A stretch of 50,133 nt of DNA, taken from positions 1 through 50,133 of IMG/VR virus record IMGVR_UViG_3300038556_000041, one strand, 5' to 3'. Every line of letters begins with the position of its first letter. The first letter of the stretch is position 1. Below, one piece after another: positions 16,366 through 26,077 of the stretch. The DNA is from a virus. Its lineage: Duplodnaviria; Caudoviricetes. The notes below the pieces were generated by a model. It made no database searches. It was not told the DNA's origin and was given only the letters and a program-made list of their open reading frames with translations. The position numbers were made by a program, and so were the translations under genes.

Positions 16366-16844
16366 TACGGGGTGACCTCCGCCGCCGGCACTTCGATGAT
16401 CGCCGTCGTGATGCCGAGATTGAAGGTACTCGTGACGACGGCATCGTTCTCGCCGAAATTGTCACGCGCCGACTGCACCAGAGCATGGAAGTAGAACACG
16501 CTGTCGGTGTGATCCTCGTCGGGAGCGTCCGCTGCCTCGATCTTGAAGGCGTAGGCAAACTTGGTCTTCTCCGCCGCGCGGACGGCGACCTGCCCGGCAT
16601 CGAGTGGATCGCGACCGCAGACGAGCGCGAGCACGCCGGCGTCGCGCGCGCCCTTGAGGTGGCGCACCCGGCCGTCGGACAGCGAGGTGAAGGTGACGTC
16701 GTTCGACTGGTCGCCGAATTCGCCGAGGTTCTGCACCTCGCCGATCTCGACCCAGGGCGTCAGGGCGCCGTACTCGGTCGCATTGGAGGCTGCAGTGGTC
16801 GGGCCGATCGAAATCTTCGCGCCCGATGCGGTGTTCACAGACAT
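16365..16844 (-). CDS. Major tail tube protein
   Basis: WVEIGEVQNLGEFGD...KGARDAG...DAGQ motif; position. Confidence 0.85.
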   Translation of the reverse strand: MSVNTASGAKISIGPTTAASNATEYGALTPWVEIGEVQNLGEFGDQSNDVTFTSLSDGRVRHLKGARDAGVLALVCGRDPLDAGQVAVRAAEKTKFAYAFKIEAADAPDEDHTDSVFYFHALVQSARDNFGENDAVVTSTFNLGITTAIIEVPAAEVTP

Positions 16845-16874
16845 GAGCCTGTCCTTTCGCGGATGATGGAGGGG

Positions 16875-17108
16875 TTACTTCTGCGCGGCAGGCTCGGCCG
16901 GCTTTGCGTGGCCCGGCAGCGCCTTCATGTTCTCGATCGGCTCGACCGGAACCTTGATCTTCTCGTAGGCGGCCATCACGTCCGGCCAGTCGCCATCGAT
17001 GTAGACCTTGGTCGCGCCCTCGACCGGCGCGAGGAAGTTGCGCGGGTTCTTGAAGGTGCGGCCTTCCAGATTCGGAACGCGCTGGGTCGCGTAGACGACC
17101 TGTGTCAT
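16875..17108 (-). CDS. Hypothetical virion-associated protein
   Basis: AGGAG RBS, ATG 17108, inside the structural operon. Confidence 0.65.
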   Translation of the reverse strand: MTQVVYATQRVPNLEGRTFKNPRNFLAPVEGATKVYIDGDWPDVMAAYEKIKVPVEPIENMKALPGHAKPAEPAAQK

Positions 17109-17119
17109 GTCGGTTTCTC

Positions 17120-17533
17120 CTAGATGAAGCAGCGATAAGGAATGGTGACGGGAACCATCCAGAACGCCCCGTCGCGCATGGCTTGGGCGACGTCGGGCGC
17201 CTTCGTGACGCGGCAATGCAGATCGCCGTAGGGCATGCGCAGATCGGCCGGGAAATGCGCGGCCACCTGACCGGCCATCTCCACCGCCACCGCGGCGTTC
17301 TGGTTCTGGCGGGCGAAGACATCAACCTGGAGCAGCCCGAGGCGCTCGTGCGGGTCGCTGCCGTTGTGGAAGAGCCGGCGATTGACGTTCGGGATGTGCG
17401 AAACGCGCAGATAGCCCGTTGCCGGCGGCGTGAACGATTCGTTCGGCCATGCGACCGGCAGCGCGGGGTTCAGCACGAGCGACGCGACGCGCGCCCGCAG
17501 CGCGAGCCAGATGCTGGTTTCGACGGTCGGCAT
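17120..17533 (-). CDS. Tail terminator-like protein (DUF4128-like)
   Basis: VAWPNESFTPP, GLLQVDVF motifs; upstream of the tail tube. Confidence 0.75.
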   Translation of the reverse strand: MPTVETSIWLALRARVASLVLNPALPVAWPNESFTPPATGYLRVSHIPNVNRRLFHNGSDPHERLGLLQVDVFARQNQNAAVAVEMAGQVAAHFPADLRMPYGDLHCRVTKAPDVAQAMRDGAFWMVPVTIPYRCFI

Positions 17534-17551
17534 GCGATATCAGTTCCCTTG

Positions 17552-17767
17552 ATGGCCGATCGAACACCGCTCAGCGACAACCGTGCTCACGACCTGCTGA
17601 TTGAAGCCCGTCGCGCCCTAGGCGATGCGCCGGGCGAGACGGTGAGAGCCGACACTGCGCTGCGCGCCGCGCGCGAGGCATTGTCAGGTCTCGCTCTTGC
17701 TCTGCTGTTTGCTTCCGAAACCGGGTCCGACAATGTGCCCGGCGTTAAAGACCCAGGCGACGCCTGA
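17552..17767 (+). CDS. Small hypothetical protein inserted antisense in the tail operon
   Basis: ATG at 17552 fills the gap between two tail genes; protein-like sequence MADRTPLSDNRAHDLLIEAR. Confidence 0.5.
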   Translation: MADRTPLSDNRAHDLLIEARRALGDAPGETVRADTALRAAREALSGLALALLFASETGSDNVPGVKDPGDA

Positions 17768-18191
17768 GTTCGTTCGTCTTGTCGGCCACAACTCCCGGCC
17801 AGCGCTGCACGGCCGTGCGCACGAAGGCGTCAGGCGCCTGCCCGTTCGCCCCATACTCGCGATAGCCGGCATAGGCGGCCGTGTAGCCGACATAGATCGT
17901 ATCCCCGAGTTCGCTGCCGGCGATCACCGCTTCGATCGCGCCGTCATTGAAGGCGTAGCTCTGCCCCTCGACCGGGGCCGCATTGGGCTTGATCGAGGGC
18001 ATGGCTGCCGTCGACGCCATCAGCGAGGCTCGGAGAAAGCCTGTGTCGATGCGCATCCGGCCGCCGGCGGTGCGCGGCTTCTGCATCTCCGAGACGATCT
18101 CCTGCGCACTCTCCTTGAATACGGCTTCGGTCGCGCCCTCGACGCGCTTCACCCAATCCGCGATTTGCGTGCTGAACGAGAGCTTTGCCAT
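17745..18191 (-). CDS. HK97 gp10-like tail completion protein
   Basis: MRIDTGFLRAS, YAGYREYG and APDAFVR motifs. Confidence 0.8.
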   Translation of the reverse strand: MAKLSFSTQIADWVKRVEGATEAVFKESAQEIVSEMQKPRTAGGRMRIDTGFLRASLMASTAAMPSIKPNAAPVEGQSYAFNDGAIEAVIAGSELGDTIYVGYTAAYAGYREYGANGQAPDAFVRTAVQRWPGVVADKTNELRRRLGL

Positions 18192-19240
18192 CAGGCGGCT
18201 CGCTGCCGCCGCACGACGCTGGCGAAATAGTCAATCTTGTATTCGCACCAGCAGCGACAGCCGCTGATCTCGCTGACCGGCGCGGATGGATCGCCTGGAT
18301 GCTTGAGCATGGCGCCGCTCGGGCTCTGGAATAGGCCGTCGATGCCGACCGACTTGCCGTTCAAGACGCGGTGCGTATGGCGCACCCTTCCGTCGCCGGC
18401 CGAGCGCCAGGTCTTCGTCACGTCTTCGGCCATGATCTTGCCGGCGGCGATCTGTTGGCGGATCGCGTCGTCCCGGCTCTTGCCGAGCGCGGTCATCGTT
18501 TCGGTGCGCGCCAGCATCTCGCCGCGAAGATCGAGCAGGCGGTCGGCATATCGGCCGGTGATCCTGTCGACCATCTCGCGCGGGACCGGCCGCCCCTCCT
18601 TGATCGCCTTCGTGACCGTCCGGTCGAAACGCTTATCGCGACGCCCCAGGGTCAGGTAGTGCCGCAGCCGCTCGGGATCGCCCGAGAGCAGGTCTTGCCG
18701 CGCCGTGGCGACGTAGCGCTCCTGCGCAGCCGTCAGGCCGATGATGCCGCCCTCACGCTGGTTGGTGGCGCGGGAGACACGACCGACGACATCAAGCGCG
18801 GTCTGGCGCGGATTGCGGCCCTCCGACAGCCCTTCGACGAGCGCGGTACGGATCGCGGCACGCTGATCGTCCACGATGCGCGTGACCAGCGTCGACGAAT
18901 GCCCGCCGAGCCACGCCTCCGCCTCCGGGTTGCGGACGCCGAACCGGAACACGACGCGATTGCCGGATGGATCGGTCAGCTTCGGCAGGTTGCCCACGGT
19001 CGCCTGACCGCCGCTGTTGTAGACCTCTGCGATTGCAAGATCGAGCCGGGCGAACGCGTCTCGATCTAGCTGCATCGCGCTCATGGCGCCCTCGACGTCG
19101 CCCTTCTCCAGGCGTTCGACGATGACGCGCAACGTGATCGAGTTGCGGATATCCTGGATCGCGGCCATGAAGGCGTCGCGGATCACCTCGTCGTAGCGGG
19201 CGAGCAGGTTCTCGATGAGCGCGCGGGTGGAAACGGTCAT
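18191..19240 (-). CDS. Head morphogenesis protein (SPP1 gp7 / Mu F-like)
   Basis: LARTET, KTWRSAGDGRVRHTH and HPGDP...GCRC motifs. Confidence 0.85.
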   Translation of the reverse strand: MTVSTRALIENLLARYDEVIRDAFMAAIQDIRNSITLRVIVERLEKGDVEGAMSAMQLDRDAFARLDLAIAEVYNSGGQATVGNLPKLTDPSGNRVVFRFGVRNPEAEAWLGGHSSTLVTRIVDDQRAAIRTALVEGLSEGRNPRQTALDVVGRVSRATNQREGGIIGLTAAQERYVATARQDLLSGDPERLRHYLTLGRRDKRFDRTVTKAIKEGRPVPREMVDRITGRYADRLLDLRGEMLARTETMTALGKSRDDAIRQQIAAGKIMAEDVTKTWRSAGDGRVRHTHRVLNGKSVGIDGLFQSPSGAMLKHPGDPSAPVSEISGCRCWCEYKIDYFASVVRRQRAA

Positions 19241-19656
19241 GCCGCACACCACGCCTTCCACGCCACCGGATCGCCTGCGGCCGGCACTGGCGTCAGATTG
19301 GTGATGACGCGCTCCACTCCGTCGATGACGAGCGTGTCGGTGATCAGCGGTTCAAGGTCGACCTGATGAGGCGGATCGACTGGCTCTCCCTCAAACTGAA
19401 CTAGCCAGGCCCTTGGCGAGATCGTCAGCATGTCGCCGGTCTCAATAATCAAGACGCCATTCTCATATCGTTGATGGAGGCGCTTTGCCGTGGCTGCCAA
19501 GGTGAATTCCGTCGTCGTGTCCTCGGTTGGCGGCACCCATGGCGTCGCGGGGTCTGACATGCCCGGCACAACGCGGCGGAGGATGACGGTGCCTTGCGCG
19601 AAGTCGGCCAGCACATCGCCGGCCATGTCCCGCATGTCGTCGTAGAACTCGCTCAT
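19237..19656 (-). CDS. Head-tail joining/closure protein
   Basis: Position and size; ATGA coupling. Confidence 0.65.
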   Translation of the reverse strand: MSEFYDDMRDMAGDVLADFAQGTVILRRVVPGMSDPATPWVPPTEDTTTEFTLAATAKRLHQRYENGVLIIETGDMLTISPRAWLVQFEGEPVDPPHQVDLEPLITDTLVIDGVERVITNLTPVPAAGDPVAWKAWCAA

Positions 19657-20117
19657 CGGCCAATCGACCTCAGGAACAAGTTGCTGGTCTCCACCATGAG
19701 GAACGGCGACAGCAGCCCCTCGATGATCGTCAGGATCGGCGTGGCGACCGCTGCGACGTCCTTACCGGGTTCGAAGAACTCACGCTCGATCGTGTCGACC
19801 TTCTGCCGCTTTACGAGGCGCGAGGGGTCCACGGTTCGGGAGAGGCTGCCCGTCTGCTTCAGTTCGGCGAGCGCGGCCTCATATGCCGCATACTCGACCT
19901 TTGCCGGGATCGCATCGCTCGCCACGCCCGGCACGCCCGTCCTGGGCCATGCGTCCACCTGCACGAGCCCGTCGGTCGGGATGCCAAGGAAGCGCGCGCC
20001 ATAGGTGCCGTCGATGTACGTCGTGGCCCGGTGCAGGGCCGCGCCTACGTCGCCGGCCGGGACGATATAGCCCCGCTCCTGCGCATAGGCCGTGAACCCT
20101 GCCTCGGTACCGTACAT
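19653..20117 (-). CDS. Head-tail connector/adaptor protein
   Basis: ALHRATTYID, AWPR, IPAKVEYAAYEAAL and KRQKVD motifs. Confidence 0.75.
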   Translation of the reverse strand: MYGTEAGFTAYAQERGYIVPAGDVGAALHRATTYIDGTYGARFLGIPTDGLVQVDAWPRTGVPGVASDAIPAKVEYAAYEAALAELKQTGSLSRTVDPSRLVKRQKVDTIEREFFEPGKDVAAVATPILTIIEGLLSPFLMVETSNLFLRSIGR

Positions 20118-20120
20118 GGA

Positions 20121-20453
20121 TCAGTCCTCGGCGATGAAGGCGGCCTTGTCCTCATCGGACAGGTCGTTGAACGCCTTGGCGTCGTCTTCGCGCATGGACT
20201 TGCCGACTTCCTTGCCGTCGGCACTGTAGATCGCCCACCAGCCGCCGCCCTTCTCGCGCGCTTCGAACGGGCCCTTCGGCGCATCCTCGGTCGGCTTCGG
20301 GTTCGTGACGGCCGTCTTGCCCTTGCCGCCGCTGGAGACGACGTCATAACGCCCCGCCCAGCCCTTCGGCTCTTCCTTGACGTCGAACTCGGTGCCCACA
20401 GCGATGGCGCCTGCGGACCCATACAGGCCCGGCTTCGTGATGCGGATTTTCAT
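20121..20453 (-). CDS. Hypothetical protein downstream of the capsid gene
   Basis: ATG 20453 with GAAGGAAG upstream; operonic position. Confidence 0.65.
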   Translation of the reverse strand: MKIRITKPGLYGSAGAIAVGTEFDVKEEPKGWAGRYDVVSSGGKGKTAVTNPKPTEDAPKGPFEAREKGGGWWAIYSADGKEVGKSMREDDAKAFNDLSDEDKAAFIAED

Positions 20454-20539
20454 GTCAGGTCTTCCTTCTTCCGGCCATGATCTCACCGAACGGGCCAGCG
20501 CTTGGCCGGCCCGTCTCAAAGATCATCTTGGGAGGACGA

Positions 20540-21598
20540 TCAGTTCACGACGACGGAGTAGCCGACGCCGGCCTTGCCGTTGAAATCGGCACGGATTTCG
20601 ATGCCCATCGCGCCCATGACGAGGAACTGGTAGTTGTCCGTCGGGTTCTGGCGCGTGATGGCCGTCGTGTTGACCGCCATGCCGATGAGCGGGCGGATGT
20701 AGTCGGCCGACGGGACGAACCAGAAGAACTCGTTGCCCGAAAGCTCGAACGAGGTCTCGATCTTGTTGATCCGGCGGTTGGCCAGCAGCGCGTCGCGCAG
20801 CGAGCCGATCTTGAACCCGGCCGAGCCCGAATAGGGCTTGTCGAGGTTGCGGGCGATCTCCGGCGAGACATAGATGTTCACGCCGCCGCGGATCAGGTTG
20901 TCGTCCAGCATCGTCCCGAAGGCGCCGTTGATGAACGCTTCGATCGCGTCCGACGTGGCCGTGGTCAGGTCGATGTTCGCGCCGCCGGCGCCCGAGCCGA
21001 GGTTGATCGACTTGGCCAGCGGCGAGGTGCGGATGCCGTAGGCCTGATAGCCCTCGAACTTGATCGAGGCATCGCCGTCGAGAGCATAGAGCGCCATGTC
21101 GCGACGGATCTTGGCGGTGTGCGCCTCCTGGTCGTCCGACAGAGCGTCGAAGTTCTCCGACTGCAGCGTGTTCCACTCGCGCCATTCCCGGCCATATGCG
21201 GTCGAGAAGATCGGCACGGGCGTCCCGCGGTAGTCATAGCCGACCTTGTCCATGGGAACCGGCACCTGACCGGACATGGATCGGACGACCGTGCCGGCAT
21301 CACCGGAGACGCGGGTCAGGTGGACCAGCTTGCCGATGTTGACGGTCTTGGCGAGCGGCATCAGGTCGGCCATCCAGGCCTGACCCTCGTCGGCGCGCAT
21401 GACGCGGCGGGTGATGCCGTCGAGGTCCATCCACGCATCGCGCGGCAGGATCGCGGCAGCATTGCCCATGAATTCGGCGGCCAGGTTGGCGAGAACGTCC
21501 TCCTGACGGTGGAAGCCCTCGCGAACCATGGACACCTCGCCCCACCATGCCGCATGCGGCCGGGAGTTGGCGACGAGCTGTTCGTCGAAATAGCGCAT
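20540..21598 (-). CDS. Major capsid protein
   Basis: 352 aa, AAGGAG RBS, strongly biased codon use, follows protease and decoration genes. Confidence 0.85.
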   Translation of the reverse strand: MRYFDEQLVANSRPHAAWWGEVSMVREGFHRQEDVLANLAAEFMGNAAAILPRDAWMDLDGITRRVMRADEGQAWMADLMPLAKTVNIGKLVHLTRVSGDAGTVVRSMSGQVPVPMDKVGYDYRGTPVPIFSTAYGREWREWNTLQSENFDALSDDQEAHTAKIRRDMALYALDGDASIKFEGYQAYGIRTSPLAKSINLGSGAGGANIDLTTATSDAIEAFINGAFGTMLDDNLIRGGVNIYVSPEIARNLDKPYSGSAGFKIGSLRDALLANRRINKIETSFELSGNEFFWFVPSADYIRPLIGMAVNTTAITRQNPTDNYQFLVMGAMGIEIRADFNGKAGVGYSVVVN

Positions 21599-21610
21599 GT
21601 CGCTTTCTCC

Positions 21611-22063
21611 TTATGCGGCAGCGGTCAGGTAGCCCTTGGCCGCGCGAACGCGGACAAGCTGGGACGTACCGGACGTGTTGTTGTAGGCCTCTTCGGCGAA
21701 GGCCACGACCATGTCGGAGGTCGAGGCAAGCGCGAGCAGACCGTTGGCGGCAGGCGTGAGAGCCGCGCCGCGCGTGATATTGTTGCCGGTGGCGACGCGG
21801 GCGTTGAAGAACTGCTCGTCGAGCAGCTCCATGCCGATCATTGTATCGTCTGCGGCCCATGCGTCGTCGACGCCCTTCATCGCGAGGTAGTTGTCCTGCG
21901 CGATGAACACCTTGCCGACGGTCGTCGCGCCGGCGAGAGCGAACTCTCCGCTGGTCAGGACGACGAGGCAGCCGGGCAGCGTCGCCGCGGCCGCCGGCGC
22001 TTCCTGCACCTGCGGCGTAGGCTGCGTCACCGGGCCAGCATAGATCTTGTTGTAGCGAGCCAT
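21611..22063 (-). CDS. Capsid decoration/cement protein
   Basis: Small Ala/Thr-rich beta protein between scaffold and MCP. Confidence 0.7.
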   Translation of the reverse strand: MARYNKIYAGPVTQPTPQVQEAPAAAATLPGCLVVLTSGEFALAGATTVGKVFIAQDNYLAMKGVDDAWAADDTMIGMELLDEQFFNARVATGNNITRGAALTPAANGLLALASTSDMVVAFAEEAYNNTSGTSQLVRVRAAKGYLTAAA

Positions 22064-22067
22064 GGGC

Positions 22068-23207
22068 TTAACCCTCCGCCTTCGGCAGCTTGAAGCCACC
22101 CGTTTCACCCTTGGGGAGGAAAGCGCCGTTGAGCGGCGTCGCCTTACCCGGTTCGGCCTTCTTGGCGAGGGCGCGCGCGGCGTTGAGCGTCAGCTCCTTC
22201 GCCTCGTCTTCCTCGAGAAGGTTGGCCTTGACGATCTTGGCGCGCAGCTCGGTGAGTTCGGCCTCGTCCTTGGCCTTCTGGTTGGCGGCCATTTCCGTCT
22301 GTGCGTCGACGAGCGGCTTCACCGCGGCGCTGACGGCATTGCCGATCGCCGTCGCCAGCGCATCGGGCTTCATCGCTTCCGAGAGGGCGTCAACCTTCTG
22401 GGAAAGCGCGTCGAACTGGACCTTGTCCATATCGTCGTCCTTCGTGATGTTGGTGGGGGTTGCCCGCTCGGAGAGGCCCAGGGCCTCCATGATCGCGGAT
22501 TTCAGGCGATCGATGAAAGGACGGTCATCCTTCCGCTCTTCACGCCGCTCGACTGCGCGGTAGATGCTCTCGACCGCCCAATCGATTTCCTGTTCGAAGT
22601 CCGCCTCGATCGAGGAATTGATGACTTCGATATCTTCCGTCTCGCCCTTGGCATTGACGAGCATGCCCACGCCCTGCGCCGGCGTTGCAGCGCCCTCCTG
22701 GTCGAGGAGGATGGCGTCGTGATCGAACTCGATCTCGCGGGCGACGTGCTTGTATTCGACATCGCCATTAGCCGCGTCGAGCAGGCAGAGAAGGCCGGTC
22801 GAGGTGTGGACCGGCTCGCCCTTCTCGATCGCGTTCAGGACCGCCTTGCCGCCCTCGGAACGGTTGGCCATCTCGACGTCGATCACCTTGTCGAGGAGCA
22901 CGCGGCCGTTCTCGCGCCGCAGGTTCTCGTTCCAGGCGCCGATCCAGCCGATGTTGATCCCTTCGGGGTCGCGCGCCGAGACGAACTTGCCATTGATGGT
23001 CGGATGACCGAGCGGCGCCGGCGTCCGGTCCAGCCCCTTGAACGACTTTTCGATCTCGGCGGCCGGATACATGATGTCGTTCATCACGATATCGTCGGGC
23101 AGTGTGGCGCTCGGCACGATCACGACGTCACGGCCGTTGCGCTTCTCCTTGCGCACCGCAGCCGTGTTCGCGACCGAGCGGATGTTCACTCGGACGGTCT
23201 TGGACAC
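22068..23207 (-). CDS. Prohead protease/scaffold (DUF2213-like)
   Basis: PLGHP, TSTG and DHDAILLDQEGAAT motifs; charged helical C-terminal scaffold part. Confidence 0.8.
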   Translation of the reverse strand: MSKTVRVNIRSVANTAAVRKEKRNGRDVVIVPSATLPDDIVMNDIMYPAAEIEKSFKGLDRTPAPLGHPTINGKFVSARDPEGINIGWIGAWNENLRRENGRVLLDKVIDVEMANRSEGGKAVLNAIEKGEPVHTSTGLLCLLDAANGDVEYKHVAREIEFDHDAILLDQEGAATPAQGVGMLVNAKGETEDIEVINSSIEADFEQEIDWAVESIYRAVERREERKDDRPFIDRLKSAIMEALGLSERATPTNITKDDDMDKVQFDALSQKVDALSEAMKPDALATAIGNAVSAAVKPLVDAQTEMAANQKAKDEAELTELRAKIVKANLLEEDEAKELTLNAARALAKKAEPGKATPLNGAFLPKGETGGFKLPKAEG

Positions 23208-23222
23208 TGAATTGTCTCCGAT

Positions 23223-24587
23223 CTATTCGGGGTCGGCCGGCGTCACGAACGCTTCGGCCTCGTCATCGTCCTCGTCGCGGAACTTCTCAGCGTCGCTGAG
23301 CGGCTCCATGTCGACGACCTCGCGGATTTCCTCCGGCGTGAAGACGAACTCGCCGCTGTCCTTCATCTTCTGGTTCGTGTCGGCCATCTTGTTGGCGCGA
23401 TCGATCTTCTCGGCCATCGACGCCTCGGTGAGGTCTGTCCAGTCGAGATGCCAGTCACGCTCGGGCAGGATGCCGAAGCGCTCCAGCCGGTTGACCAAGG
23501 CCATGACGTTCGGCACGACAACGCTGGTCCGACGCGACATGATCGTCTGCGACCATTCGTTGGCGTCTTCCGTGCTGGCGCGCTCGCCCGTCTGCGACCC
23601 GACGAGGATCTTGAGCGGGATGCTCAGCGAGGCCGCGAAGCCCTGCAGAGCGATGGCGAAGAAGTGCTCCGGCGACGGCAGGACGACGCCCAGCGTCTTG
23701 GCCTGCATGCCCTGCAGCATGAGCAGCTTGTCGAAGCCCTTCTGCCAGTCCTCGACTTGCTCGTTCATCTTGTCGACGAGGTCTTCGACCGCGATTCCCA
23801 TGGCGCGGGCCATCTGGTCGATCTGCGCTTCCTTGTCGACCTCGAATACCGGGGCGGACTTGGCGTTCTTCCAGAACCCCTCGCCGCCGGCGCCGCTGAT
23901 CTTCTCCAGCGTGATCAGGTCATTGTAGCCGGGCTCCAGAGCCGATCGGCAGTGGACCGTTCCGTCCTTCGACCAGATGACGACGCGATCGGGATGGATT
24001 CGGAAGTTGCGGTTGTTCCGCTGGTTCGGGTCAACGTTCGCCTCGTTGAACTGGTACATGGCCGGGTGGCCATAGTTCTCGGCGCGCTGGTCGCTCTCCC
24101 ACTCCGCAACGGTAAGCTGGCCCTCCCACGCCGGGATGACCTCGATCAGACCGTCGAGCCCGCCGCCGACCCGGTCGACAGGGCGATCGAAGTTCTGGTT
24201 ATCGCCCACGCGCAGGATCAAAGCGCCATACCCGCCGACCATGCCGCGCCGATCCGCCTCCGCCATGTGCTGCCAGATGCGCAGGTCGGCGAAGCGGCGA
24301 CGGATGTCGGCCTCGACCGTGGTCTCGTCCGCCTTGCCCTTCTGGCTGCCGTCGCGCTCCTTTTCGAGGAGGAACGGTGCGTCCTGCCAGGTCTTGAGGA
24401 TGGTCTTCTCGACCCCGGCGCGCGCAAGGCCGTTGCGGCTGAACATGCCGTAGAAGTTGTCGAACGCCAGATGCTCAGGATAGCCGAAGTCGACGTAATG
24501 GTTGTGTTTGGCGGCCGGGAAGAAGCCCGGGAACATCACCTCGAGGCGGCGCGTGGCAGCATTCCTGATGCGGACGACTGCGTTCAT
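23223..24587 (-). CDS. Portal protein (DUF1073-like)
   Basis: Follows TerL; IHPDRV, GGAGEGFWKNA-like and IPLKILVGSQTGERASTED motifs. Confidence 0.88.
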   Translation of the reverse strand: MNAVVRIRNAATRRLEVMFPGFFPAAKHNHYVDFGYPEHLAFDNFYGMFSRNGLARAGVEKTILKTWQDAPFLLEKERDGSQKGKADETTVEADIRRRFADLRIWQHMAEADRRGMVGGYGALILRVGDNQNFDRPVDRVGGGLDGLIEVIPAWEGQLTVAEWESDQRAENYGHPAMYQFNEANVDPNQRNNRNFRIHPDRVVIWSKDGTVHCRSALEPGYNDLITLEKISGAGGEGFWKNAKSAPVFEVDKEAQIDQMARAMGIAVEDLVDKMNEQVEDWQKGFDKLLMLQGMQAKTLGVVLPSPEHFFAIALQGFAASLSIPLKILVGSQTGERASTEDANEWSQTIMSRRTSVVVPNVMALVNRLERFGILPERDWHLDWTDLTEASMAEKIDRANKMADTNQKMKDSGEFVFTPEEIREVVDMEPLSDAEKFRDEDDDEAEAFVTPADPE

Positions 24588-26077
24588 GCTCGGTGCCTCT
24601 TGCTCAGGAACATGGCGACGCGCGGGCTGGCCTGAAGCGCGAGCTCGTTGAGTGCATCGGCGAATGCGTCCACCTGGTCATCGAACTGACCCGATGGAAA
24701 CGTGCATACCTCCGACAGGAAATTGTCGTTCCACGGCGCGCGCACCAGCTTGACGTTGCCGGCTTCTGCCTGCGCCGAGGCAGGGGTTGCCCGCGTAGCC
24801 TTATCGCCGGTCACCGGATGGGCGAACGCGCTGTAGCCGGCCAGCAGTTTGATCTTCGTCGCCGCATCGGCTTTGCCTGCCGCGCCCGGGTCTTGCGGCA
24901 TCCGAATGCCAACCTCGACGCCGTCTTGCGAAGCGGTGTTTTTCAGGTTGCGCTCGACCTCGCCGGGAGACCACCTGTCGCGCACGACGTCCTCGACATA
25001 GAACACGCCGTCGACATGGGCCATCTTCAGACCGACCGTCCAATCCGGCTGTTTGCCCGGCTTCGGCTTCGATGCCGCGAAATCCCATGCCCTGACCCGC
25101 TTGGCGCCGGCCGGTACCGCCTCGACGATCTCGAAATCGCCGCGCTGGAACATGCCGCCGGAGCGAGGCGCCGGACGCTGCTGGAACTGACCCGCAACGG
25201 CATAGGAACCAAGCGGGATCTTGTCGCGCTCGACTACATGCCGCGGGAATCGCGCTGGGAAGAGCAGTTCGCCGTCTTCGGTGCGTGGGTCTTCAAAGCC
25301 GATCGACGTCTTGCACCGGCGTTCCGGCTCGAACTCCATCGGCAGCATCAGATGCTCGTAGCCAAGCCCGAGCGATAGGATGGTACCCGATACGTCCGCC
25401 TCGTGCAGACGCTGCATGATGACGACGATCGCCGAGCGCTCCGGATCATTCAGGCGCGTCGGGACCGATTCCCGAAACGTGCGTACCGTGGACAGGCGCT
25501 CAGCCTCGCTCTCCGCCCCGTCGACCGAGTGCGGATCGTCGATGATGACCCGATCGCCGCGGCCGCCGGTCAGACGCGAGAACGGAACGCCCTGCCGAAA
25601 GCCTGTCTTGGTGTTGGCAAAGGCCATCTCACCCGAACGGGTGAGCTTGACCGTGTCGCCCCACAAGGCCTGATACCAGTCGGACGTCACCAGGTCGCGC
25701 ATGCGCCGGTTGTCGCGCTTGGCATAGTCCTCGGAATAGGAAGAGCCGAGGATGCGCAGCGCCGGCCGCCCCTTCGGCCCCCACTCCCATGCCGGCCAGA
25801 ACACGCCGGTGATCAGCGACTTCATGGTGCCGGGCGGCACGTTGATCAGCAGACGGATGATCTGCCCGTCGGTGATCGCCTCGAGGTGTTCGCAGATGGC
25901 GTCGATGTGCCAGCCGTGCACATAGGTGATCGAGGGCTCGACGACGTGCCATGCCTCACGGATGAAACCCGACAGCGACCGGGACTTCTCCCTGATGCGC
26001 TCCGCGTCCCGACTGACCCTCTCGCGTTCAGCCTCAGCCTGCCTGCGCGCCCTCTCCTGCCGGATCAGCCGCATCAT
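24584..26077 (-). CDS. terL: Terminase large subunit
   Basis: Walker A-like NVPPGTMKS, TGGRGDRVIIDDP, IMQRLH, RAWDFAAS, DDQVDA. Exact start uncertain. Confidence 0.93.
   Translation of the reverse strand: MMRLIRQERARRQAEAERERVSRDAERIREKSRSLSGFIREAWHVVEPSITYVHGWHIDAICEHLEAITDGQIIRLLINVPPGTMKSLITGVFWPAWEWGPKGRPALRILGSSYSEDYAKRDNRRMRDLVTSDWYQALWGDTVKLTRSGEMAFANTKTGFRQGVPFSRLTGGRGDRVIIDDPHSVDGAESEAERLSTVRTFRESVPTRLNDPERSAIVVIMQRLHEADVSGTILSLGLGYEHLMLPMEFEPERRCKTSIGFEDPRTEDGELLFPARFPRHVVERDKIPLGSYAVAGQFQQRPAPRSGGMFQRGDFEIVEAVPAGAKRVRAWDFAASKPKPGKQPDWTVGLKMAHVDGVFYVEDVVRDRWSPGEVERNLKNTASQDGVEVGIRMPQDPGAAGKADAATKIKLLAGYSAFAHPVTGDKATRATPASAQAEAGNVKLVRAPWNDNFLSEVCTFPSGQFDDQVDAFADALNELALQASPRVAMFLSKRHRA

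Noticed and set aside
19653-20117. DnaT-like ssDNA-binding annotation
   Set aside because: Context in the head-tail block indicates an adaptor protein, not replication.
23223-24587. Possible anti-CBASS Acb1 label sometimes attached to DUF1073 proteins
   Set aside because: Size, position after terL and motifs indicate a portal; I saw no separate 2H-phosphodiesterase domain.
20477-25378. Long plus-strand ORFs opposite the head genes (also 12996-14444, 33072-34772 and minus-strand 44901-45863)
   Set aside because: Antisense shadows of high-GC coding genes with no recognisable motifs.
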